A DNA stretch of 26,058 nt from a virus. Its lineage: Duplodnaviria; Caudoviricetes. Under the pieces are notes generated by a model, which saw nothing but the letters and a program-made list of their open reading frames with translations, searched no databases and had not been told where the DNA came from. Where the stretch lies: the IMG/VR virus record IMGVR_UViG_3300039208_000071, positions 1 through 26,058 of that record, one strand, 5' to 3'. Every line of letters starts with the position of its first letter. The first letter of the stretch is position 1. Made by a program: the position numbers and the translations under genes. Positions 6,423 through 14,350 of this stretch are shown here, in pieces.

Positions 6423-6841
6423 CGAGACTAAAAATATTACTGGCTGACTTGATGTTGATCCTGGTGATGTGCGCTAGCGTCAGCTGGCTGATCCTAATGT
6501 CACCTGCCCAGGCCAGCGGTTGCTACAAGTGCGTGACTAACGAATACCACACGACCGAAGTAACGCGTAAAGTGACCACGGTTACGGAAGGCATCAGCAA
6601 TTCGGATTTAGCTTCCGGGTTGACGATGACGGCTTCCGCCGGGGCGCATCAATTCGACTTTTCAACGACGGACTGGCAAGGTTCGATCACCGGCGCCTGG
6701 TATGATGACCATGACGCGGTTAGTTTCGGTATCGGCAAGCGTTTCAGCGAGGACTTTTTGCCGAATGTGCTATTACACGGTAATTACACGCAAAACGGCG
6801 ACGAACAACTATTTGTGATAGGCGGCACGTTTCGGTTTTGA
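6419..6841 (+). CDS. Secreted outer-membrane protein with a YadA-like (trimeric autotransporter) anchor domain
   Basis: An N-terminal hydrophobic signal ends in AQA. A helix (DLASGLTMTASAG) is followed by four amphipathic strands (WQGSITGAWY, DAVSFGIGKRF, VLLHGNY, FVIGGTFRF) ending in a terminal Phe. Confidence 0.75.
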   Translation: MTRLKILLADLMLILVMCASVSWLILMSPAQASGCYKCVTNEYHTTEVTRKVTTVTEGISNSDLASGLTMTASAGAHQFDFSTTDWQGSITGAWYDDHDAVSFGIGKRFSEDFLPNVLLHGNYTQNGDEQLFVIGGTFRF

Positions 6842-7293
6842 AGACACGCAACGGCGAAAGTGATCGGCGCAAGCAACCTCGAGTTGAGGGGGAGGTTTTG
6901 AGCGATGCAGAAATCAAACGCTTGCGCGGAGCATCGGCGTTCGATTGGGCGACCCTATTGCTTCCGAACGTGCCAGTCATCATCAAAGCCTTGTTGCTGC
7001 TCGGCGTGGGCGCGAGTGGCGCCGTTGCTGTTCCGCAGGTCTATCAATCGTTCACAGCCGAAGAACAGCCGCCGCCTATCGCGCAGGGAGAAACCGTGGT
7101 ACCAGTCACGATCACGCCGGAATTGCGGCAATCGCTGGACTCGTTTGATGCAGCGATTACCCGGCACGAAGCGGAGCTTAGTTCGTTGCGCGAAATGCTG
7201 GCTGAGGCGGTGGCAGCAACAGGGAAGAAAAGCGCCGATGCCGACGGCATTCAGGATGGTCGACTTGACAGACTTGAGGAACTAGTACAATGA
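6838..7293 (+). CDS. Single-pass membrane protein with a C-terminal coiled coil (lysis region)
   Basis: Basic N-terminus, hydrophobic segment VIIKALLLLGVGASGAVAV, Pro-rich linker and heptad tail. The TTG start overlaps the previous stop. Confidence 0.7.
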   Translation: MKTRNGESDRRKQPRVEGEVLSDAEIKRLRGASAFDWATLLLPNVPVIIKALLLLGVGASGAVAVPQVYQSFTAEEQPPPIAQGETVVPVTITPELRQSLDSFDAAITRHEAELSSLREMLAEAVAATGKKSADADGIQDGRLDRLEELVQ

Positions 7294-7718
7294 AATATCG
7301 ATTCGGTCAGGCATCCAGTAAAAAGCTTGCAACGTGTTGCCCTGAAATGATTGCCGTGGCCGCGCGAGCGCTCGAGTTGTCGCCTTACGATTTCACAATT
7401 ATTTTCGGCTTTCGAGACGAAGCCGAGCAGAACGCGATATTCGAACGCGGTGCAAGTAAAAAGAAATGGCCGGAGTCGAAACACAATGTGATGAACGGCG
7501 ACCAGCCTGCGAGCGAAGCAATTGATTTTGCGCCGTGGGTGAATGGCGGCATCAAGTGGGACGACACGCACATTTTTGCTGTTGTCGCCGGGTGTCTTCT
7601 GGCCGCAGCGAAAGAACTCGGCGTCACGCTCAGATGGGGTGGTGACTGGGACGGCGACGGCTTGAGCAAAGGCGATCAAACCTTTTTCGATTACGGACAC
7701 GTCGAGGTAATCCTATGA
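7290..7718 (+). CDS. Endolysin, M15-family (L-Ala-D-Glu-type) Zn peptidase
   Basis: Motifs GFR..EQ, SKH, AIDFAP, LRWGGDW and DYGHVE. Confidence 0.93.
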   Translation: MKYRFGQASSKKLATCCPEMIAVAARALELSPYDFTIIFGFRDEAEQNAIFERGASKKKWPESKHNVMNGDQPASEAIDFAPWVNGGIKWDDTHIFAVVAGCLLAAAKELGVTLRWGGDWDGDGLSKGDQTFFDYGHVEVIL

Positions 7719-8242
7719 GCTGGAAATCAATTGTTAAACGCGTTGCGCCGGTCCTGGGTACCGCGTTAGGCGGTCCGTTCGGCGGTATGGCGGTCAAGGC
7801 CATCACCAGCGCGGTGCTGCCCGAGGATAAACAGGGGCTTACCGGCGAGGCGCTGGAAAAAGAACTAGAAACCGCGATCAGCGGGAACCCCGAGGCGCTG
7901 TTAAAACTGCGCGAAGCCGACCAGGCGTTTGATGTCGAAATGAAAAAGCTCGATGTTGATATCCTGGAAATTGCGGCCAAAGACCGAGACAGCGCGCGCC
8001 AGTTGGCGAAAGATACGACTTTGCTGCCGCAGATGGTGCTGTCGGCGGTGTACGTTATCGCTTTCGCGGTGATACTGGTGGCGGTCATTACCGGTAAGGT
8101 TGAGCTGGCCGGCTTTCAGCAAAACATGGCCAACATGCTGATCGGTATTCTATCGGCGGGCCTGGTGCAAATTATGAACTTCTTTTTCGGCAGTTCCGCC
8201 GGATCGAAACAAAAAACCGAGAAGCTGGCCAATGGAAAATGA
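7715..8242 (+). CDS. Putative holin (GTA 3TM-holin-like)
   Basis: APVLGTALGGP N-terminus, DRDSAR, two TM helices and an FFFGSS motif. It is adjacent to the endolysin. Confidence 0.75.
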   Translation: MSWKSIVKRVAPVLGTALGGPFGGMAVKAITSAVLPEDKQGLTGEALEKELETAISGNPEALLKLREADQAFDVEMKKLDVDILEIAAKDRDSARQLAKDTTLLPQMVLSAVYVIAFAVILVAVITGKVELAGFQQNMANMLIGILSAGLVQIMNFFFGSSAGSKQKTEKLANGK

Positions 8243-8429
8243 AATCATGCTGGTGCTGGTTACCGCCGCAATAACTGGTGCGTTATCGACGGTCGGTACC
8301 GTGATTGCGTTGCGCGTTCACATCGGGTATCTGCGTGACCATATCGACAAGATCGAAGCAAATTTGACTCGCGTTCACACGCGCATCGACAACCTGATCG
8401 TTGCGAATGCGCGACCACTTGAGGAGTAA
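8232..8429 (+). CDS. Small membrane protein (TM plus short coiled coil)
   Basis: N-terminal hydrophobic helix and heptad tail, located in the lysis cluster. Confidence 0.75.
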   Translation: MENEIMLVLVTAAITGALSTVGTVIALRVHIGYLRDHIDKIEANLTRVHTRIDNLIVANARPLEE

Positions 8430-8434
8430 ACACA

Positions 8435-8620
8435 ATGAGCGGACACATCGGGCACGGCCCATATGAACCGAAAGCGCCGAAAGCGCCGAAAGAAACAAAG
8501 TTGAAACAAGCCTACAAGGATAAAAAAGACCCGAAGAAGGAAGGCGCGCCGACCGGCACTAAGGCTGTTCCAGGCGTAGCACCGAAAAAGAAAGCGGCGG
8601 CGAAAAAGAAAGCCAAATAA
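8435..8620 (+). CDS. Lys/Ala/Pro-rich small basic protein (61 aa)
   Basis: GAGGAG SD. It carries PKAPKAPK and PKKKAAAKKKAK, a histone-H1-like composition, and has TAATG coupling to TerS. Confidence 0.8.
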   Translation: MSGHIGHGPYEPKAPKAPKETKLKQAYKDKKDPKKEGAPTGTKAVPGVAPKKKAAAKKKAK

Positions 8621-9174
8621 TGGCGAAGGTTGCACTAAAGATAGGGATGGCGGGCAAGGATGGCATGGGCGACGAGGCGATCATGCGGGCGTCGGCTAAT
8701 CGGGCGAATACGAAGTATACGCCGGAAGTTGCCAGGGTGATCTGTGAACGGATCATGGCGAAGGAAACGCTGACGAAGATTTGCAAAGATCCTGCCATGC
8801 CGTCGATCCGCACGGTCATTCGCTGGTTTGCCGATCCTGAGCGCGCGGACTTTCGGGATATGTACTATTACGCGCGCCGGGTTTGTGCGGAAATGCTGGT
8901 CGATGAAACGATGGACATTCTCGATGATAACAGCGAGGACTGGATACAGACGTTCAACAAAAACGGCGAACCAAACGGTTGGAAGCCGAACCACGAAACC
9001 GCGGCGAATAAAAAACTGCGAATCGATACGATCAAGTGGTTTGCTATGAAAATGATCCCGCGGATTTACGGTGAAAAGCTCGAGGTCGAACACGGCGTGA
9101 CCGGTGACCTGGCTGATTTAATCCGTCAATCGTCAAACCAGAGCAGTGGCCTACCGACGCCGGTGAATGATTGA
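8620..9174 (+). CDS. terS: Terminase small subunit (Sf6 gp1-like)
   Basis: KYTPEVARVICERI...ICKDPAMPS..TV.RW HTH and LRIDTIKW...P..YGEK motifs, directly upstream of TerL. Confidence 0.9.
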   Translation: MAKVALKIGMAGKDGMGDEAIMRASANRANTKYTPEVARVICERIMAKETLTKICKDPAMPSIRTVIRWFADPERADFRDMYYYARRVCAEMLVDETMDILDDNSEDWIQTFNKNGEPNGWKPNHETAANKKLRIDTIKWFAMKMIPRIYGEKLEVEHGVTGDLADLIRQSSNQSSGLPTPVND

Positions 9175-10745
9175 TGGATACAAAGAAACTGGCTGATCCC
9201 TGGTGGCGGTTGAACAACCTGTACAAGATCAAGGATAAACAGGGTAACGTCATCAAGTTCAAGCCGAACTGGGCGCAAAAGCACCTCTACAATAACATGT
9301 GGTTTTTGTCGATTATCCTGAAAGCGAGGCAGCTCGGGATGACGACATTCATCCAGCTTTTCATGCTGGACCGGGCGTTATTCAACGACAATATCAGTTG
9401 CGGAATCGTCGCGCACAACAAGGAAGACGCCCAGGCGTTTTTTGCCGACAAGATCAAGTTTGCTTACGAGAACTTGCCCGAAGACCTGAAAAACCAGCTA
9501 CGCGCGGAAAGCGATACAACGAAGTCGCTGACGTTTAGTAACGGTTCGCGGATCAGCGTCGGTACATCGCTGCGATCCGGTACCTACCAGTATGTGCATA
9601 TCTCCGAGTTCGGAAAGATGTGTGCCAAGTTCCCTGAGAAGGCGGCGGAAGTCATCACCGGCACGTTGAATACGATTGCGCCGGGCCAGATTGCGTTTAT
9701 CGAGTCGACCGCCGAAGGCCCGTTTGGCGAGTTTTACGAAATGTGCAAGGCGTCGGAAGACCTAACTGCAGCCGTCGATAACGAGCAAACCACGTTTACG
9801 AAGCTTGACTGGAAATTCTTTTTCTACCCCTGGCACAAGCACCCGGATTACGTCTTACATGAAAGCGTTGAAATCCCTGAAAAGGCGATGCTGTATTTCA
9901 AGGAACTGCGCGAGGATCACGGTATTGACCTGAAACCGGAGCAAAAAGCCTGGTATGTTAAAAAGTCGTCCGAGCAGGGCGATATGATGAAACAGGAATA
10001 CCCGGCGACCGCAGCCGAGGCGTTCGAACGTTCAACCGAGTTAACCATCTATGGCAAACAATTGCGTCAGGCCAGGGTCGACAAACGAATTTGCAAACTA
10101 CCCATCGTGCGCGGTGTTCCGGTCAATACTTTTTGGGATATCGGTCGTAATGATTCGACGGCGATTTGGTTCCATCAACACGTCGAAGCCCGTCATCATT
10201 TTATCTATTATCTGGAAGGTCGGCTGGAAAATCTCCCCTACTACGTCTATCAGCTAATGGACCTGAAAGAGGACAATCACTGGAATTACGGCACGCACTA
10301 CCTACCGCACGACGTGGCGGTTGTTGACGTGTCCGAGATTATGAATCGTTCCAGGCGCGAAGTGCTTGAAGATGCTGGCTTACGGCCGATTCGAACCGTA
10401 CCGAAAATTCGTTACCTGAACGACGGTATCGAAATGGTGCGGCGGATTTTTGATAGCTGTTACTTTGACGAGGAAGGTTGCGAACAGGGCTTGCGGGCGT
10501 TGTACGGTTACGAATGGTCATGGGATGATCTAAACAAAACGACGCGCGAAACACCGGCGAAAAACTGGGCTAGGCATGGCGCGGATGCGTTTCGACAATT
10601 CGCGCAAGGCTACCGTGGCGATAAGTCGAGTTGGGCCGAGCAAGCGGCGGCGGCTGGACATATTGGCGGAAAGGGCAGAAAATACGCGCAAGCACGGGGT
10701 CGCCGAGGCGTGCTAACTAATCCATCACTCGATCACGTGGTATAG
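9174..10745 (+). CDS. terL: Terminase large subunit
   Basis: Walker A ILKARQLGMTT, Walker B YVHISE, motif III ESTAEG, and nuclease motifs WDIG, YLPHD and HGADAFR. The ATG at 9174 overlaps the TerS stop. Confidence 0.96.
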   Translation: MDTKKLADPWWRLNNLYKIKDKQGNVIKFKPNWAQKHLYNNMWFLSIILKARQLGMTTFIQLFMLDRALFNDNISCGIVAHNKEDAQAFFADKIKFAYENLPEDLKNQLRAESDTTKSLTFSNGSRISVGTSLRSGTYQYVHISEFGKMCAKFPEKAAEVITGTLNTIAPGQIAFIESTAEGPFGEFYEMCKASEDLTAAVDNEQTTFTKLDWKFFFYPWHKHPDYVLHESVEIPEKAMLYFKELREDHGIDLKPEQKAWYVKKSSEQGDMMKQEYPATAAEAFERSTELTIYGKQLRQARVDKRICKLPIVRGVPVNTFWDIGRNDSTAIWFHQHVEARHHFIYYLEGRLENLPYYVYQLMDLKEDNHWNYGTHYLPHDVAVVDVSEIMNRSRREVLEDAGLRPIRTVPKIRYLNDGIEMVRRIFDSCYFDEEGCEQGLRALYGYEWSWDDLNKTTRETPAKNWARHGADAFRQFAQGYRGDKSSWAEQAAAAGHIGGKGRKYAQARGRRGVLTNPSLDHVV

Positions 10746-10747
10746 AT

Positions 10748-13411
10748 ATGGGCGTTAGAGGCGGACAAGCAAACTCACCGAGCCGTAGTAACACCGGCGG
10801 CCGATATCGCGGTACAACCGGCGGCACGGCGAACCGCGGCACACAATCCTCATTACAAATGGGCGGCGGGCACACCCGCAGCGACTCAAACCGTCGTGAA
10901 TCCGGTCGGCACAACGACCAGGAAATGAGCGAAAGCCAGGTCGTCGGATTTCTCGGGCGAAAAATCTGGCAGGCCATGAACGACGAAGACGGGGATATTT
11001 CCGATCTTCGCAAGGAAAATTTCAACTATTACATCGGTACGGAATACGGCAACGAACGTGCCGGCTATTCCAGTTTCGTTACTCGAGAAGTCCTGGAAAC
11101 CATCGAATGGGTTTTGCCGTCGGTGCTGCGGGTATTTCTCGGTGGCGACAAGGTAGCGGTGTTTGACCCGGTTAGTGCGGATGACGAGTCCGCCGCCAAG
11201 CAGGAAACCGATATCACGAACTATTTCGTGATGAAAAAGAACCGCAGCGGCGAGGGCGGCTTTTTGTCACTCCATCACTGGATGAAAGATTGCTTGATGT
11301 ACCCGAACGGGTATTTGAAAGCTTACATGGAAGAAAAGACCCATACCGACATCGGCGTTATGACCGGTTTGTCGCCTTACGGGGTGCAAATGGTCGTCGA
11401 CAACCCTGAGCAGGAAATCCTTGAGCAGCGTTCACGTATGGTGCGCATGGAACGCACTGTTCCCTGGCAACCGCCGATGCAAAACCCGCAACAACCACCA
11501 GGGCCGCCTGGAATGCCACCAGGCCAGCCGCCTGGAATGATGCCGGGGGCCACGAATAACATGATGGGCGACCCAGCGCCAATGTCACCGGGTGGCCAGC
11601 CGAATCCGAACGATCCGCCGCCAATGGGGCCGCAAGGTTTGCCTGATAACGTGGTACCGATGGGCGGTGATTATGAGGAAGTCGAAGTTTTTGACCTGAA
11701 AGTCAGAACGACAAAGCAGATCATGGAACTGCGCATCGATCCCGTACCGCCTGAGGAATGCTTGGTCGACAATGATTGCGTCGACCTGAACCTGGATCGT
11801 GCGGATTTCGTGTGCCATCGCGTGCGCAAACCCTATACCCAATTAGTCGAAGAGGGCTTTGACCCGGATGAACTGGATCAGGTCGGACTCGGCGAGGACT
11901 ACCAGTGGAATGATGAACGTGTTAACCGCCTTTTCTACGAGGATGAAGACCCTGACGCAGAAGATGAAGATGATCCATCAATGCGTACCTTTTGGGTGCA
12001 TGAGTGTTACGCTTGGTTTGATTTTGACGGTACAGGACTGGCTCAACATCGAAGAGTCATCCTCATCGGTGACCGGGTTTTCGAGAACGTCGAAATAAAC
12101 TATCAACCGATGATTGCGATGTCGGCGGTGCTCATGCAGCACAAGCATACCGGTATGTCGTATGTCGAAATTGTGAAAGAGCTGCAAGTGCTGTCTTCGG
12201 TGCTGACTCGGCAATTGCTGGACAATACCTACAAGATCAACGTGCGCCGGAAGGTGTTCAGCGAAGACGCGCTGACCGAAGACGGATCGACGATGGAAGC
12301 AATCCTAAACACCCAAGCTGAATTCATTCCGGTGCGCGGCCCTGCGCAGGCAGCTTTCGTGCCCGAGCCGACTCAATCGATTATCGGCGACATTTTGCCC
12401 GTCATCGAATACGCGAAAAACCAGGTTGCGATGCGATCCGGTGTTACGCCGGAATCGGGCGTATCGGCGAACGACCTCCAGGAAGTGCGTCAGGAAGTGT
12501 TTTCTAACGCCCTCGATCGAGCGAGTCAGCGGATCGAAATGTTAGTGCGGATTTTTGCCGAAACCGGTTACCGCCAGTTAATGCTGAAAGTTCACCAGCT
12601 ACTGCGCTCGCACTGGGATATGGCGACCGCGATCAAATTGCGCGGTGAGTGGGTCGAGGTTGACCCGTCAGGCTGGCGCGACCGTACCGATATGACAATC
12701 AATGTCGGTTTGGGTTTCAACACGAAACAACAGCAAATGGGAATGCTGGTGCAATTGCTTTCCATGCAGAAAGAAGCTGCAAGCCAGGGGCTTGCCAGGC
12801 CACAGGAAATTTACAACTCACTCGAAAAGCTGATTCATGCTGGCGGACTGGGCGATGTCCGTCAATACTTCGTGGATCCAGACTCCGAAGATTACCAACC
12901 GCCGGAACCGCCGCCTGATCCAAATATGATTCTGGCCCAGGCACAAGCCCAGGCGTTGACCCAAGAACAGCAACGCAAGGGCGCTGAATTCCAGATCGAA
13001 GCGCAAAGCAAGCAAATGACCGCGCAACTGGAATTTCAGAAAAATCAGGCGGAAATGGCGGACAAGCAAGCCGACCGAGCTGATAAAGCTGCGGATCGCG
13101 CGTTGAAAGAGCGTGAGATTGCTATCAAGGAAGCTGAACTGGTCCGCGCCGGCGATATGTCGCAAGCGGAAATTGACAACAAGCGCGCTGATACGCGTGA
13201 GAAAGAAGCCAAGGCTGACAAGGCAATGGCCGAAGCGGCCGGCGTGATGATCGAGAACAGTGAAACCTTCCAGAAAGCGCTGCGGATCGTTTCGGAAGGC
13301 GCGGAATTGAATACGGGCGGGGAGCTATCCGCCAAACTGGAACCACCAGAGGATGACGACAATGGGGAAGATGCAGGATCAACTGGATCGGAAACCGAAG
13401 GAACAGAATAA
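10748..13411 (+). CDS. Portal protein (P22-like, with a long C-terminal helical barrel)
   Basis: It follows TerL. Motifs include YYIG...G.SSFV...V.ETIEWVLPS.LRVF, AAKQETD..NY, RIEM.VR.FAETG and INVGLG, plus a Q/A/K/E-rich C-terminal helix. Confidence 0.92.
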   Translation: MGVRGGQANSPSRSNTGGRYRGTTGGTANRGTQSSLQMGGGHTRSDSNRRESGRHNDQEMSESQVVGFLGRKIWQAMNDEDGDISDLRKENFNYYIGTEYGNERAGYSSFVTREVLETIEWVLPSVLRVFLGGDKVAVFDPVSADDESAAKQETDITNYFVMKKNRSGEGGFLSLHHWMKDCLMYPNGYLKAYMEEKTHTDIGVMTGLSPYGVQMVVDNPEQEILEQRSRMVRMERTVPWQPPMQNPQQPPGPPGMPPGQPPGMMPGATNNMMGDPAPMSPGGQPNPNDPPPMGPQGLPDNVVPMGGDYEEVEVFDLKVRTTKQIMELRIDPVPPEECLVDNDCVDLNLDRADFVCHRVRKPYTQLVEEGFDPDELDQVGLGEDYQWNDERVNRLFYEDEDPDAEDEDDPSMRTFWVHECYAWFDFDGTGLAQHRRVILIGDRVFENVEINYQPMIAMSAVLMQHKHTGMSYVEIVKELQVLSSVLTRQLLDNTYKINVRRKVFSEDALTEDGSTMEAILNTQAEFIPVRGPAQAAFVPEPTQSIIGDILPVIEYAKNQVAMRSGVTPESGVSANDLQEVRQEVFSNALDRASQRIEMLVRIFAETGYRQLMLKVHQLLRSHWDMATAIKLRGEWVEVDPSGWRDRTDMTINVGLGFNTKQQQMGMLVQLLSMQKEAASQGLARPQEIYNSLEKLIHAGGLGDVRQYFVDPDSEDYQPPEPPPDPNMILAQAQAQALTQEQQRKGAEFQIEAQSKQMTAQLEFQKNQAEMADKQADRADKAADRALKEREIAIKEAELVRAGDMSQAEIDNKRADTREKEAKADKAMAEAAGVMIENSETFQKALRIVSEGAELNTGGELSAKLEPPEDDDNGEDAGSTGSETEGTE

Positions 13412-13772
13412 CGGCAGCACCATGACGTTCCAGGTCGGGCAACCCGAGGTAACGGTGCGCGTACCTGAAATCAAAGTGCCAGAAATCAAAGTACCCGAAT
13501 CAAACGTGAACGTTGATATGTCCGCGGTTGCAACGGCGATTGAAAGCCTCGCGCAAACGATGGCGCAATTGGCGGCTCAGAATCAGGTGATGTTGCAGGA
13601 ATTGGCTGTTTCTAACAAATTGATCGAAGAACTTGCGAAAAATGTGCCAAATGTGGAAGTTAAAGCGCCGACGGTGAAGCTACCGCCCAGGCCGCGAGAA
13701 TACGACGTTATGTTTATCGAGGACGAAGACGGGGTAGCAGGGATGAAGATCAGAGCGAATTTGCCGAATTAG
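13362..13772 (+). CDS. Hypothetical head-module protein with VPEIK repeats
   Basis: GAGGA lies 8 nt before the ATG at 13362, overlapping the end of the portal gene. The start position is uncertain. Confidence 0.7.
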   Translation: MGKMQDQLDRKPKEQNNGSTMTFQVGQPEVTVRVPEIKVPEIKVPESNVNVDMSAVATAIESLAQTMAQLAAQNQVMLQELAVSNKLIEELAKNVPNVEVKAPTVKLPPRPREYDVMFIEDEDGVAGMKIRANLPN

Positions 13773-13807
13773 GCAAATAGGGCGGTGCAGTGGTATATTC
13801 TGCACCG
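13759..13807 (+). promoter_or_regulatory. Two adjacent inverted repeats; the second encloses an extended -10 element
   Basis: ATTTGCC-N6-GGCAAAT (13759-13778) and CGGTGCAG-TGGTATATT-CTGCACCG (13783-13807). Confidence 0.6.
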
Positions 13808-13838
13808 ATTGTAACAACCGCAACAATGAGGTACTAAA

Positions 13839-14006
13839 ATGCCTGGTAACTACGGCAGTAAAATGGGCGGTTCTACCAAGTCCACCGCGCGCAGTGCGCC
13901 GATGGAAAACAAGACGGGTAATTATGGCAAGGCTATCGGTGACACCGGTGCCAGGTCGAAGAAAGGCAATCGCCGTACTCGTCAAGCCGCCGACCGTTAC
14001 AAGTAA
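13839..14006 (+). CDS. Small basic Gly/Lys/Arg-rich protein (55 aa)
   Basis: GAGGT SD. Hand translation gives MPGNYGSKMGGSTKSTARSAPMENKTGNYGKAIGDTGARSKKGNRRTRQAADRYK. It is not in the track. Confidence 0.8.
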   Translation: MPGNYGSKMGGSTKSTARSAPMENKTGNYGKAIGDTGARSKKGNRRTRQAADRYK

Positions 14007-14008
14007 CG

Positions 14009-14350
14009 GTGCAGCCGGATCGCCATAACGCGCATATCCGGCGGGGTCCGGCCTCCCGGCGTCAGTCGCCCGAAGTTAAGGCCGACGAAGCGGAACGGTT
14101 GTTTAACGATCCTGCGTTCAAACGCGGGTTCGATGGAACCGAAAAAGCCATCGTCGAACTGATAGCGACATCGAAACACGACGGAAGCCCGGAATTTGAA
14201 GCCTGTGAACGGGAAATGTGTCGAACGCTGCGGACGTTACGTAGTTTGAAGCGCGCGATACTTATCACGATTCAAGGGCAAAAACTAAGGGTCGCGGATT
14301 TCAAGCCCATAGACCCGGATCAAGACCAGGAGCAAGCGAATGGCAGTTAG
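14009..14350 (+). CDS. Small helical head-assembly-region protein preceding the scaffold
   Basis: ADEAERLFNDPAFKRGFD helical pattern and its position between portal and scaffold. Confidence 0.75.
   Translation: MQPDRHNAHIRRGPASRRQSPEVKADEAERLFNDPAFKRGFDGTEKAIVELIATSKHDGSPEFEACEREMCRTLRTLRSLKRAILITIQGQKLRVADFKPIDPDQDQEQANGS

Noticed and set aside
6905-7285. Embedded o-spanin in an alternative frame
   Set aside because: The translated frames have no hydrophobic signal or lipobox.
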